Part shown: positions 1 through 9,518 of the stretch, piece by piece | Layout: every line of letters begins with the position of its first letter | Position numbering within the stretch: the first letter of the stretch is position 1 | Origin: Candidatus Bathyarchaeota archaeon | GTDB lineage: Archaea > Thermoproteota > Bathyarchaeia > Bathyarchaeales > Bathycorpusculaceae | DNA length: 37,712 nt | Assembly (NCBI GenBank): GCA_030589055.1 | Contig: JAUUWK010000001.1 | Coordinates: 1-37,712 of the forward strand | Reading direction: 5' to 3' | Made by a program: the position numbers and the translations under genes | Notes under the pieces: generated by a model | The model's database searches: none | What the model saw: the letters and a program-made list of their open reading frames with translations, nothing else | What the model was told of the DNA's origin: nothing

Positions 1-759
1 GAGCTGAAGAAGTCTCAAGAGCAACTCCTCAAAGCGCAAAGACTTGCAGTAATAGGTGAATTAGCCGGCATGGTAGGTCACGACCTACGTAACCCTCTAA
101 CAAGTATCAATGGAGCTGCATACTATCTGAAGAAACGGTTAAGTTCAAAAATAGACGACAAAGCAAAAGAAATGCTCGATCTTATAGAGAAGAACATAGA
201 ATATTCAAACAAGATAATAAATGACCTTTTGGATTATTCGAGAGAGATGAAGCTGGACTTGACGGAGAGTAATCCGAAGTCGATAATAAAAGAGGCATTG
301 TCTCTTGTTAAGATTCCGAAAAATATTCAAGTAATAGACTTGACGGAAAACAAGCCGAATACACAGGTTGACATTGTAAAAATTAAGAGAGCCTTCGTCA
401 ACGTAATCCAGAACGCCGTGGACGCCATGCCTAAAGGTGGATCACTAACAATAAAAACTAGAGAATCAAATGGCAACCTAGAATACGTCTTTTCAGATAC
501 TGGAGTAGGCATATCCAAGAAAACGATGGAAAAGCTTTGGACTCCGCTTTTTACAACAAAAGCAAAGGGAATGGGTTTCGGCTTGTCAATCTGTAAACGC
601 ATTGTAAAGGCGCATGGAGGTTCCATTTCCGTAAAAAGCAACCGTGGGAAAGGCACATCTTTCACTGTGACTATCCCAACGAAACCAAAAATAGAAGGAG
701 GTGAAAAAGTATGGGTGAAAACGCTAGAATCCTCATTGTTGACGACGACGAAGACATAA
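1..759 (+). CDS. Sensor histidine kinase, C-terminal HisKA + HATPase_c part (5' end outside the window)
   Basis: The frame is open from base 1. It has an H-box 'MVGHDLRNPL', an N-box 'NVIQNAVDAMPKGG', a G1 motif 'DTGVGI' and a G2 motif 'GMGFGLSI'. A receiver gene follows directly. Confidence 0.9.
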   Translation, partial: ELKKSQEQLLKAQRLAVIGELAGMVGHDLRNPLTSINGAAYYLKKRLSSKIDDKAKEMLDLIEKNIEYSNKIINDLLDYSREMKLDLTESNPKSIIKEALSLVKIPKNIQVIDLTENKPNTQVDIVKIKRAFVNVIQNAVDAMPKGGSLTIKTRESNGNLEYVFSDTGVGISKKTMEKLWTPLFTTKAKGMGFGLSICKRIVKAHGGSISVKSNRGKGTSFTVTIPTKPKIEGGEKVWVKTLESSLLTTTKT

Positions 760-1184
760 GAAAAGTATTGACGACAATACTTGAGGACGAAGGCTACATT
801 GTTGAATCAGTGGGCACGGCTAGAAAAGCAATAGCAAAAACTAGAGACAACTTCTATAATTTAGCCTTAATCGATGTTCGACTTCCAGACCTGGTGGGAA
901 TAGAACTTCTAACAAGAATGAATGATTCAACGCCTAAGATGCGAAAAATAATCATCACAGGCTATCCAACACTGCAGAACGCGATTGAAGCAGTGAACAG
1001 AGGCGCAGACGCCTACATAATAAAGCCCTTTGACATGGAAAAAGTTCTAGACACCATCAAGGAAGAGCTGATGAAACAAGAAGAAGAGAAGAGATACAGC
1101 CAAGAGAAAGTCGCAGATTTCATTGAAGCAAGAGTGAAGGAGTTGGAAGCTAAGGGAAATTTGGCTTACAAGAGGAAACCTTAA
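711..1184 (+). CDS. Response regulator, CheY-like receiver domain only
   Basis: 'ILIVDDDEDI', a phospho-acceptor context 'LALIDVRLPD', and 'IIITGY' / 'YIIKPF'. It overlaps the kinase 3' end. Confidence 0.9.
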   Translation: MGENARILIVDDDEDIRKVLTTILEDEGYIVESVGTARKAIAKTRDNFYNLALIDVRLPDLVGIELLTRMNDSTPKMRKIIITGYPTLQNAIEAVNRGADAYIIKPFDMEKVLDTIKEELMKQEEEKRYSQEKVADFIEARVKELEAKGNLAYKRKP

Positions 1185-1268
1185 ATCTTAGCAATAATTC
1201 CCAACTTTCTTCTTTCGTTGGCATCTTTCAAATTTTCAATTTCTTCTAGTTGTGTACCATAATTTTGG

Positions 1269-2165
1269 CTAGCATTGTTTAGATAGGTTTTTGCGCATAA
1301 ATCTCCAGTGGTGGCCAATTTTGAAACCGAGTTTTCGAAAAAGAGTCACGGATGGAATGTTCCGTTCTGAAGTGTATAAAGCCACGGAGTCCACTCCCCT
1401 TTCGATGAGGAAGTTCATCGCCTTACATGTAAGAGCGGATGCAAGATTTTTGCTACGATATTTGGAAAGGGTGGCTGCTGGACCAAGATAACCTCGCTTA
1501 CCACCGAAGAATTCGTTGTATTTTCCGTCTGGTCTGGAAACAACAACTGAAACAATTTTACTGTCAAGTTCAGCGACATGAATCCATTCTTCGCTGAAAG
1601 GAAAACATCCAGACTTCCATCTCTGAACAACACCTTGTTTCAGTCTTTCCCAGCCAAACCCGGCGTTCACAGCTTCAACAAAATCTTTTTCCTCTTCTGT
1701 TTTCAAACTGCGAACAATTGTGTCTTCTGGAACTTCTGGAAGAAGCTTCAAACCGTCAAGTCTAGCAACCATGTGGTATAATCCACCCTCAGCCTTGTAT
1801 CCCCGTTCAGCCCACTCGGCGATCTTTTTGCTTCCAGCATCAACAACCGTGAAAACCGTTTCACCCTCAACATGTTTTTCGATTTCCTTAACCAACAAGC
1901 TCTCTAGACGTTTTCGATTTAAGCCTTCAAGAACACAAAGCCACTCAATTTCTTCACCCCAACGCCCATTGTTATATGCAGCAGCGCCTATGGTTCCGCC
2001 TTCTTCCTTAGCCATTAGAATTTTAAGATCCCACTCCTTAATCTGAGAGCGAAGTTTCCGTTCATTGAAGGGAATGAACTCGTATGATTCTCTGGGTATT
2101 TCATTGAGTAATTTAACCAAGCTTGGGAAGTCTTTATCGGTGAAGCTTCGAATTTGAACAGTCAT
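1269..2165 (-). CDS. Tandem GNAT-family N-acetyltransferase
   Basis: Two acetyltransferase-like halves, each ending in an 'RG.G' / 'LGF'-type motif: 'NRKRLESLLVKEIE' and 'RSKNLASALTCKAMNFLIERG...FRKLGF'. Confidence 0.7.
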   Translation of the reverse strand: MTVQIRSFTDKDFPSLVKLLNEIPRESYEFIPFNERKLRSQIKEWDLKILMAKEEGGTIGAAAYNNGRWGEEIEWLCVLEGLNRKRLESLLVKEIEKHVEGETVFTVVDAGSKKIAEWAERGYKAEGGLYHMVARLDGLKLLPEVPEDTIVRSLKTEEEKDFVEAVNAGFGWERLKQGVVQRWKSGCFPFSEEWIHVAELDSKIVSVVVSRPDGKYNEFFGGKRGYLGPAATLSKYRSKNLASALTCKAMNFLIERGVDSVALYTSERNIPSVTLFRKLGFKIGHHWRFMRKNLSKQC

Positions 2166-2243
2166 GCTTTGTCTTTTAGAACAGAACTAAAAATAGTAAT
2201 AAATGTTTAGATTAGACCTAAGTTATCGCTGTAACTATTCTGT

Positions 2244-2564
2244 CTATGCTGGTATCAAGGTTTTGGAGATTTGCATTTTTAGTTCGGCGTGTTGCTCTCT
2301 GACTTCGTTTCTTAAAACGATAATTTCTGACCGAAGTCTCTTCTTGGATTCTGGAGCCAAATCCTTCGATTTTATCATGTTCTTCTCAATCTTTTCTATG
2401 TCCTTCTCTGCGGAACGCCTTATCTCTTCAGATTTCTTCAAGGCTTCCACTTTCAATTTTTCGATTTCTGCGAAGTCTTTCCTTATGTTTCTTGCCCGTT
2501 TGTTCAGCTTTTCTCTTATCTTGTTCACTTTTTCTCTATATTCGCGCTCAGAAGGGCCTCCCAT
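2244..2564 (-). CDS. Small charged coiled-coil protein, function unknown
   Basis: A 106-aa ORF that is highly K/E/R-rich with heptad-like character. I recognised no family. Confidence 0.45.
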   Translation of the reverse strand: MGGPSEREYREKVNKIREKLNKRARNIRKDFAEIEKLKVEALKKSEEIRRSAEKDIEKIEKNMIKSKDLAPESKKRLRSEIIVLRNEVREQHAELKMQISKTLIPA

Positions 2565-2798
2565 TGTGTAACACCATTCACCCTTTTTTGTCTGTCGGAA
2601 TAATTAATAAATTTTATGACGTAACAATCAGTAAATATGGAGGCCTCAGTTTCGATGAGCGGTCAAACGAATCAAGAGTGACGGGTTGAAATATTCTTGA
2701 TTGTGAGCATTAATTCCAGCTGCAACGACAAAGGGATACAGATTATGTAGAGTTGAATCTAAGACTTTAGGTCATAGGTTTTCGGGATTGTAGAGCAA

Positions 2799-2813
2799 AG
2801 TCGCGCGCGCTAC
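2799..2813 (-). repeat. (CG)n motif copy S1, AGTCGCGCGCGCTAC on the + strand (reverse complement GTAGCGCGCGCGACT)
   Basis: A 15-nt exact match to copy S3 at 16335-16349. It is intergenic. Confidence 0.8.
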
Positions 2814-3015
2814 GATCTATGAAAAGAAAACCAAAAGAGGTTTGGAAAAATTCCTGAAGATCAGGAAAATGCTAAATCAAGAATACTTAGAGACCGAGCT
2901 GCTTCTGAGAAAAGAAAAGCTGCGGAAACGAAAGAACGTAGGAAATATGCGGGAAAATATGAGAATACAAGGAATGAAAAACGTATATATTTGGATCTCA
3001 CTTATGGCTAAATAG

Positions 3016-3540
3016 GTGAAAACTGTGAAGTGGGTGACCCGCGAATTCGTTCATGTAGACAGAACTGCATGCCCGTGGCTTATCAAGAAATTCATAGACT
3101 CACAAGCCGAATTCATGTTTGTACCAACAGAAAGAATAGCAGAAACCGCAAAAACTCGAGGAGCAACACCTTTTGACGTGCCCGGAGTTAAGCTTGGACA
3201 TAGAAACGGAAAATGCAGCTTCGAAACCATAATAGAAGAATACAAGTTGAAAGACCCTGTGCTTCATGAACTCGCCAAAATCGTTCATTCAGCAGATACA
3301 CGCGACACTGAACTGGCCCCTGAAGGAATAGGTTTAAGCTCAATAATGACTGGCGCAAGATTTAATGTAAAAGACGATTCTGAAGCAGTAGAGAAGGCTG
3401 CATACGTTTATGATGCACTTTACACCTATTGCAAAATTAAGCTGCTCCGCGAGAGATGCAAGAATGAATTAGAGAAGATGAACCGAAAACAGCAAAGAGA
3501 GTTCTTAAGAAAGAAGATGCGAGAGGAAATAACAGGTTAA
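3016..3540 (+). CDS. ChrB-like (chromate-resistance C-terminal domain) protein
   Basis: 'WVTREFVHVDRTACPWLIKKFIDSQAEFMFV...ATPFDVPGVKLGHRNGKCSFETII' resembles the Chrome_Resist/ChrB C-terminal domain pattern. The start codon is GTG. Confidence 0.55.
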   Translation: MKTVKWVTREFVHVDRTACPWLIKKFIDSQAEFMFVPTERIAETAKTRGATPFDVPGVKLGHRNGKCSFETIIEEYKLKDPVLHELAKIVHSADTRDTELAPEGIGLSSIMTGARFNVKDDSEAVEKAAYVYDALYTYCKIKLLRERCKNELEKMNRKQQREFLRKKMREEITG

Positions 3541-3992
3541 CGTTTTCTCCCACCTTTATGTATTGAAGTTAAACGGTAGCATCATATTTATAGGGGATTG
3601 CATAGACTTGCTTAAAGCTTCTTCTAGAGTCCTTTATTTTTGGCTAACTGTTGGCGAAAGTCTCTGATACTTCTCCTATAGCAGTGAATATGATCCATAG
3701 AATTATTGGAATTTCGTTGCTGGAATTATTGCTGAACTGCTGAAACCAAAAATTAAGAAAACTAAGAAGGTAATTGAAAGGCATGCTGAAATAAGAATTA
3801 GTCAAATCATCCTTCTAAGCTTCGTTTTTCCTTTCATTTCATCTTTTATAATCCATAAATAGGAAAGGTAAATTACCAATGCGAGTAACAGGAAATCCCA
3901 ATGAAAACATATCATTTAACTCGTTTAATTCTTAAGATAGCGCCTCTACTAAAGTTTTATTACTTCTTAAGTTCAATAGCCCAAAACCAATA

Positions 3993-5225
3993 GTGTTCAA
4001 AGCTGGTTTGCTGATGGCTTCACAGACAAGAAACGCTAGAGATAGCACTTTTTTGATGATATGCATTATGGGATCATTTGCGATCTTAAGCTCTACAATG
4101 TCAAAAAACCCTGTTTTGAATCCGTTTGCCACAAGTCTCGGAACTCCAGAAGTTTGGTTGGGTTTTATAGCTGCTGCTTCAACTATTCCCGGCATTTTGA
4201 TTAGTTTGCCCGCTGCTTCACTTTCAGACATTTATGGTAGAAAGAAATTCTTGTTAATATCAGGATTTGTCTTTGCTTCAGCTCCTTTCCTTTATCTTTC
4301 TGTAACTGTGTGGTGGCAACTCATCCTCGTCAGGTTTTACCATGGATTTGCAACGGCAATCTTTGTCCCAGTCGCTGAAGCCTCAGTGGCTAAGCTGTTT
4401 CCAACTAAACGAGGAGAACGCATATCACTTTTTTCTTCAGTAACGTACGTTGGGAGAGGGATTGCACCTTTTCTGGGTGCCTACATGCTACTCGTCACCA
4501 ACACAGATTTTGATGTGCTTTATTTGGCTGTAGGCGCTGCTGGTGTGACAGCGTTTATTTTGGCTTTGCTTTTTTTAGTTGAGAGGAAGAAGCAACCCGT
4601 ACCTTTGCAGCAGAAGAATGAGAAAGAGATTGTTAGGAGGGTGTACCGCGGATGGGGAAAAGTTGCTAGAAACCACGATGTTTTAGTGGTGAGTTTTGTT
4701 CAAGCTTGTCAATTTTATACCTATGGCGCGGTTGAATATTTTCTGGTTGGTTATTTAACTAAGGTTGTTCACTTTGACTGGTTCATAACCGGCGTTATTA
4801 GTGGAAGCCTCTTAGTAGTGCCGATTGTGGCTAAACCGTATATGGGCAGAATTTCAGACAAGGTTGGAAGACGAATTCCGATAATTGCAGGCTGCATAAT
4901 AGGGAGTCTTCCTTTATTGGTGATTCCTTTCGTCGTTGAGTCTTCCATTCTCCTTCTGCTTTCAGTAGTTTACGGATTTGGTTTTGCAGCTGTAACGGCT
5001 TCCACATCAGCTTTAGTCAGCGAGCTTGTACCCAAGGAATTAGTCGGCACATCCATGGGGTTTCTCGCCACAATAATGGATGTTGGTCAGACCATAGGGC
5101 CAATCATTACAGGGATGATAATTGCAACAAACGTGGCCTACCAAGGCTCATTTCCAGCATTAACCGCAGTACTACTGCTTTCTTGTGTAATATTCACCTT
5201 GTCCAGAGTTGCCAAAACTAAATAG
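3993..5225 (+). CDS. MFS transporter (more likely start at ATG 4014)
   Basis: About 12 hydrophobic segments. It has the MFS loop 2-3 motif 'LSDIYGRKKFLLISG' and a second-half motif 'ISDKVGRRIPII'. Confidence 0.85.
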   Translation: MFKAGLLMASQTRNARDSTFLMICIMGSFAILSSTMSKNPVLNPFATSLGTPEVWLGFIAAASTIPGILISLPAASLSDIYGRKKFLLISGFVFASAPFLYLSVTVWWQLILVRFYHGFATAIFVPVAEASVAKLFPTKRGERISLFSSVTYVGRGIAPFLGAYMLLVTNTDFDVLYLAVGAAGVTAFILALLFLVERKKQPVPLQQKNEKEIVRRVYRGWGKVARNHDVLVVSFVQACQFYTYGAVEYFLVGYLTKVVHFDWFITGVISGSLLVVPIVAKPYMGRISDKVGRRIPIIAGCIIGSLPLLVIPFVVESSILLLLSVVYGFGFAAVTASTSALVSELVPKELVGTSMGFLATIMDVGQTIGPIITGMIIATNVAYQGSFPALTAVLLLSCVIFTLSRVAKTK

Positions 5226-5417
5226 CCATTCATAGAAGCCCTGAAAAGAGATTGTCGAACGAAAAATACTCACCTATTTCTTCTGATAAAACCTGCAAAA
5301 AGTCTAGACACTTACGCTTCAACTTTCTCACTTGCTTTACTGAAAAAAGGAAGAAAGAGATGGTCTTTCCTCTTGAGTAGAGAGGTGTAATCTAATTGAA
5401 TGTAGACGAGTTCGCAC

Positions 5418-5738
5418 TCATTTTTCCAGCAGATTGATTTTGATTTCTTTTATTTTCAATTTCCAGATTTTTTCAGGTGCTCCTCCGCCAGTTTCTCTGT
5501 ATTCTGCTAGTTCGATGATGCCTGCTTCTTCCAGTTCGGAGAGATGGTAGTAGAGCCCTGATCTTGAGAGTGATTCTCCAGCCTTCTCTAATTCCTTCAG
5601 TATTTCTTTCGAGCCTCTTGTTTTATCTCCTATCGAGCGGGTTATGAGCCATCTTGTTGGGCAATGAAGTGCCCCAAAGTATTTCTGGATTTGAGTCAAA
5701 TCTTTTAGGTTGGAGTGTCTGCATCCGTTAGTGCACAT
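5418..5738 (-). CDS. ArsR/SmtB-type winged-helix transcriptional regulator
   Basis: 'ALHCPTRWLITRSI...GSKEILKELEKAGESLSRSGLYYHLSELEEAGIIE' is a typical ArsR HTH. The N-terminus is Cys-rich. Confidence 0.7.
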   Translation of the reverse strand: MCTNGCRHSNLKDLTQIQKYFGALHCPTRWLITRSIGDKTRGSKEILKELEKAGESLSRSGLYYHLSELEEAGIIELAEYRETGGGAPEKIWKLKIKEIKINLLEK

Positions 5739-5778
5739 GTTCCCATCTTGCCTTTAATATCTATAAAGGAGTTTTAGC

Positions 5779-5937
5779 TTATTCTTTTTTCCAGTGTTTT
5801 TCTACATGGCTTAGTTCGAGGTCAGCGCCTTTAACATCGCCTTTTAAAAGCAGTTCGCGAGCTTCACTTATGTGTTCTAGAGCGCAACCTTTTGGGTCGT
5901 GTTTGAATTCGCATTGTTCTTTCTCTTTTTTACACAT
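5779..5937 (-). CDS. Possible 52-aa Cys/His-containing small protein upstream of the ArsR gene
   Basis: Translated by hand: MCKKEKEQCEFKHDPKGCALEHISEARELLLKGDVKGADLELSHVEKHWKKE. It is not in the ORF track because it is under 60 aa. It lies on the same strand as the ArsR gene. Confidence 0.3.
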   Translation of the reverse strand: MCKKEKEQCEFKHDPKGCALEHISEARELLLKGDVKGADLELSHVEKHWKKE

Positions 5938-6165
5938 GATATATCACTAGAACGTTATAGTGTTCTTTGCAATATTTAAGTCTTTCCTGAGATATACGGT
6001 AATCTTTGATACGAAAGTTTTAAGCGTATTCTTTACGACTTAGAATTGAGGTCATTCATCCGAAAACACGTTATTTCATGCTTTCTTTTTTGTGTGATTA
6101 TGTCTATGCTTTGCATTGTTTCTCTTCTTGTTAAACTAGTTATTATTCATGTCAATGTAGAAAGG

Positions 6166-6196
6166 TTTTATATAATGAAACACTACGCGTAGTGTT
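6166..6196 (+). promoter_or_regulatory. TATA-like box (TTTTATATAAT, 6166-6176) followed by an 18-bp perfect palindrome AACACTACGCGTAGTGTT (6179-6196), which looks like an NrdR box
   Basis: The palindrome arms ACACTA/TAGTGT match the outer positions of the published bacterial NrdR-box consensus (acaCwAtATaTwGtgt). The element lies about 75 nt upstream of nrdR. Confidence 0.5.
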
Positions 6197-6268
6197 CGTT
6201 TTGCTTCACAAACGCTAGATGTATAGGAGGCAAATCTCTTTAGGGGATTATGAGGGAAAAAGGGTAGG

Positions 6269-6715
6269 ATGAAGTGTCCATATTGTGGGTCAGAGAGTAT
6301 CAGGACCCTTGAGACGAGGGATTCGCAGAACGACACTATTAGACGTCGTAAAGAATGTCTGAACTGTGGAAAACGCTTCACAACTTACGAGTATATTGAA
6401 ACCGTGGAGCTTATGGTTCGGAAAACAGATGATAGAATTGAGCGTTTTGACTTAAACAAAATTATTAGGGGCATTCAGAAAGCCTGTGAGAAAAGACCCA
6501 TAACTATGGAGCAGATTCGCAATCTGGCTGAACGTGTCCGACAGGATTTGATGATGAGGGGGAAAGGAGAGGTTTCTTCACAGGAGATCGGAGACCTAAC
6601 CGCGAAGTATTTGAAGAGACTTGACCACGTGGCTTATGTAAGATTTGCCTCAGTTTATAGGCGCTTTGAGGAGCCAGCCGACTTTACAAAAATCCTCAAA
6701 GAGGTGAGAAAGTGA
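6269..6715 (+). CDS. nrdR: Transcriptional repressor NrdR (Zn ribbon + ATP-cone)
   Basis: 'MKCPYCGS...CLNCGKRFTTYE' followed by an ATP-cone ('VRKTDDRIERFDLNKIIRGIQKA'). Its stop overlaps the nrdD GTG (GTGA). Confidence 0.93.
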   Translation: MKCPYCGSESIRTLETRDSQNDTIRRRKECLNCGKRFTTYEYIETVELMVRKTDDRIERFDLNKIIRGIQKACEKRPITMEQIRNLAERVRQDLMMRGKGEVSSQEIGDLTAKYLKRLDHVAYVRFASVYRRFEEPADFTKILKEVRK

Positions 6716-8829
6716 AGTTTGTTAGAAAACGTGATGGAAGATTAGAACCTTTTGATCAGGAACGAATAACAAACGCGATTTGGAAGGCAGCGCGCGCTAT
6801 AGGTGGAAAAGACCGCGAGTTAACCAAGAAACTAAGTGACCAAGTTGTGGTCTTGCTTCAGGAACGCTTCGGAGAAGACGGCGTTCCAACTGTTGAGGAA
6901 ATCCAGGACTTGGTTGAGAAGATAATCATAAAAAATGGGTATGCAAGAACAGCCAAGGCTTACATTCTCTACCGGAAGCAGCATCAAGACTTGCGTGAGT
7001 TAGCTGCCCTACTAAGCTCAGCAGATCTTGTGGATCAATACTTGAATACTGAGGATTGGCGGGTGAGGGAAAATTCGAATATGAGTTATTCGTTGCAGGG
7101 CTTAAATAATTATTTGTCGTCCACGGTTATAGCGAAGTATTGGATTACACGGATTCATCCGCCTAAAGTTGCAGACGCACACTTTTCCGGAGATCTACAT
7201 ATTCACGACTTAGGCGTTTTGGGACCGTACTGCGTGGGCTGGGACATAAAAGACCTGCTTCTTTCAGGATTCGGCGGCGTAAAGGCAAAGATAGAGAGTA
7301 CGCCTGCGAAACACTTCAGAACCGCTCTTGGGCATGTGGTGAACTTCTTTTATACGCTTCAGGGAGAGGCGGCGGGAGCTCAGGCTTTCAGCAACTTTGA
7401 TACATATTTGGCACCGTTCATACGTTATGATGGATTAAGCCGAAAGGAAGTTGAGCAGGCGCTTCAGGAATTCTTCTTCAACATGAACGTGCCAACCCGT
7501 GTGGGTTTCCAAACACCCTTTACGAATTTAACCTTGGACCTTACAGTTCCGGAGTTTATGAAGGACGAGTCTGTGATTGTCGGTGGAAAGGTGATGAATG
7601 AAACTTACGGCGAGATGCAAGAGGAATTAGACATTTTCAATCTTACCTTCGCGGAAGTTATGTGTAAGGGAGATTCGAAGGGTAGGGTTTTCACTTTTCC
7701 GATACCGACATATAACATAACGAAGGATTTTGATTGGGAGAACGGGGTCTGTGAGAAGCTCTTTGAAGTTACTGCCAAGTATGGTGTGCCATACTTCTCT
7801 AACTTCATAGGCAGTGACATGAAGCCTGAAGACGTTAGGAGTATGTGTTGTCGCTTAAGAATAGACAACCGAGAACTGCGTAAGCGCGGCGGCGGTTTCT
7901 TCGGAGCAAATCCGTTAACGGGCAGCATAGGTGTAGTGACGATTAATCTTCCGAGGATAGGATATTTAGCGAAGGATGAGGATGAATTTTTTGAACGTTT
8001 AGGGGAGATGATGGAGACTGCCAAGAACAGCTTAGAGACAAAGAGAAAGGTGCTTGAAAAATTCACAGAGAACGAGTTGTATCCATACTCGAGGCGTTAT
8101 CTTCATCAAGTAAAGGAAGGTTTTGGGAAATTCTGGAAAAACCATTTCTCGACAATAGGGTTAGTGGGCATGAATGAGGCATTGCTGAATCTCTTTGGAC
8201 GTGGCATAGGAACTCCAGAAGGATTAGACTTTGCAGCAAAAGTGCTAAGCTTCATGCGAAACAAACTGGCAGATTTTCAGGAGGAAACTGGAAGCATATA
8301 TAACCTTGAGGCAACGCCTGCTGAAGGCACATCTTACAGACTCGCGCGCATAGACAAACGGAAATATCCAAATATTATTGTAGCTAATGAGAAACATCTT
8401 GCAAAAGGCGTTGAACCTTTCTACACCAATTCTTCACAGTTGCCTGTGGACTATGAAGTGGACTTGTTTGAGGCTTTAAGGCATCAGGATAGATTACAGA
8501 CGCTTTACACTGGCGGCACAGTTTTCCACATCTATCTTGGTGAGCGGATCTATTCGTGGAAGGCTGCAGCTGAACTCGCTAGGAAGGTGGCTTGGAACTC
8601 GCATCTGCCCTACTTCACTTTGACGCCTACCTTCAGCGTTTGTCCAACTCACGGTTACGTAGGCGGCGAACACAAACAATGCCCAACGTGCGGAGCAAGA
8701 TGTGAGGTTTACTCGAGGGTTGTTGGTTATCTCAGGCCAGTTGACCAGTGGAATGACGGTAAACAGGCGGAATTTGCTATACGTAGAAGCTTTGACAAAT
8801 CTGTTGTTTTGGCAACTGTGCATGCGTGA
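6712..8829 (+). CDS. nrdD: Anaerobic (class III) ribonucleoside-triphosphate reductase
   Basis: An N-terminal ATP-cone, the active-site region 'SMCCRLRID', a C-terminal Zn site 'CPTHG...CPTCG', and a glycyl-radical motif 'YSRVVGYLRP'. Confidence 0.95.
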   Translation: MKFVRKRDGRLEPFDQERITNAIWKAARAIGGKDRELTKKLSDQVVVLLQERFGEDGVPTVEEIQDLVEKIIIKNGYARTAKAYILYRKQHQDLRELAALLSSADLVDQYLNTEDWRVRENSNMSYSLQGLNNYLSSTVIAKYWITRIHPPKVADAHFSGDLHIHDLGVLGPYCVGWDIKDLLLSGFGGVKAKIESTPAKHFRTALGHVVNFFYTLQGEAAGAQAFSNFDTYLAPFIRYDGLSRKEVEQALQEFFFNMNVPTRVGFQTPFTNLTLDLTVPEFMKDESVIVGGKVMNETYGEMQEELDIFNLTFAEVMCKGDSKGRVFTFPIPTYNITKDFDWENGVCEKLFEVTAKYGVPYFSNFIGSDMKPEDVRSMCCRLRIDNRELRKRGGGFFGANPLTGSIGVVTINLPRIGYLAKDEDEFFERLGEMMETAKNSLETKRKVLEKFTENELYPYSRRYLHQVKEGFGKFWKNHFSTIGLVGMNEALLNLFGRGIGTPEGLDFAAKVLSFMRNKLADFQEETGSIYNLEATPAEGTSYRLARIDKRKYPNIIVANEKHLAKGVEPFYTNSSQLPVDYEVDLFEALRHQDRLQTLYTGGTVFHIYLGERIYSWKAAAELARKVAWNSHLPYFTLTPTFSVCPTHGYVGGEHKQCPTCGARCEVYSRVVGYLRPVDQWNDGKQAEFAIRRSFDKSVVLATVHA

Positions 8830-9518
8830 GTGAAGCTTACATGAAGTTCAGCGGCATCCAAAAGACAAGTCTGATAGATTTTCCAGATAGAGTAGCTACA
8901 GTGCTTTTTACCCCTGACTGCAATCTGCGCTGTCCTTTCTGTCACAACTGGAGAATCGTGCTGGATCCTAAGCCTCCATTCCTCAACGAAGAAACAGTGA
9001 TTCAAATTCTTGAGAAACGCAAGAAATTCGTGGACGCAGTAGTCATAACTGGCGGAGAACCGACAATACACAAGGAGATTCCAAAATTCCTAAAGAAACT
9101 TAAGGAAAAAGGCTTTTCGGTTAAACTCGACACTAACGGTTTTTTTCCAGAGGTTTTGAAGGAATGCTTGGCTTATGTGGATTACGTTGCTTTGGATGTG
9201 AAGACTTCATTGGAGAGATATGGACGTTTAGGAGCAAAGGACACGGCTGATTTTTTGCGTACGGTTGAGATTTTGAAGAATGAAAACGTTGACTATGAGT
9301 TTAGAACTACAGTTGTTCCAGGCTTCGTCGACAAGGAAGATATTTCAGAGATAGGTGAAATCGTCAAGGGTGGAAAACGTTTTGCATTCCAACAGTTTGT
9401 TGCTGGCGACACATTAGACAAGGTATTCAACAGTGTTAATCCTTATCCGCCTGAAGTTATCGGTGAATTTGCCAGCGTCATGAGAGAATACGTTGCGAAT
9501 GTAACGCTTCGTATATAA
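8826..9518 (+). CDS. nrdG: Class III RNR activating enzyme (radical SAM). The start may be ATG 8841
   Basis: The radical-SAM cluster motif 'CNLRCPFCHN' and 'VVITGGEPT'. It overlaps the nrdD stop. Confidence 0.9.
   Translation: MSEAYMKFSGIQKTSLIDFPDRVATVLFTPDCNLRCPFCHNWRIVLDPKPPFLNEETVIQILEKRKKFVDAVVITGGEPTIHKEIPKFLKKLKEKGFSVKLDTNGFFPEVLKECLAYVDYVALDVKTSLERYGRLGAKDTADFLRTVEILKNENVDYEFRTTVVPGFVDKEDISEIGEIVKGGKRFAFQQFVAGDTLDKVFNSVNPYPPEVIGEFASVMREYVANVTLRI

Noticed and set aside
327-665. Antisense or alternative-frame ORFs from the six-frame track that lie inside well-supported genes. Examples are 327..665, 1291..2046 (several), 7605..8066, 8494..9071, 12090..12581, 13048..13377, 17536..18048, 20496..20972, 21065..21496, 22967..23317, 24653..25105, 25423..25656, 27367..27685, 33167..33391, 35277..35708, 35960..36490 and 36625..37083.
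   Set aside because: Each is fully overlapped by a CDS with clear family motifs on the other strand or frame. Their translations are low-complexity or biased (Ser/Leu/Pro/Phe-rich), as is typical of shadow ORFs.
2810-3015. A Lys/Arg-rich open frame running from motif S1 to 3014 ('...EKKTKRGLEKFLKIRKMLNQEYLETELLLRKEKLRKRKN...').
   Set aside because: It has no start codon until late and only about 45 codons after the first Met. Its composition is typical of AT/purine-rich spacer. It is possibly a gene remnant, but that cannot be supported.
6790-6797. A (GC)4 run inside nrdD, and a CGCGCGC run at 8343-8349, considered as extra copies of the intergenic motif family.
   Set aside because: Both lie in frame in conserved coding sequence (encoding 'AARA' and 'LARI'). 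They lack the GWAG / AGT...TAC flanks, apart from a shared CGCGCGCTA at 6790. They are probably a coincidence of coding sequence. A genome-wide count would settle it.
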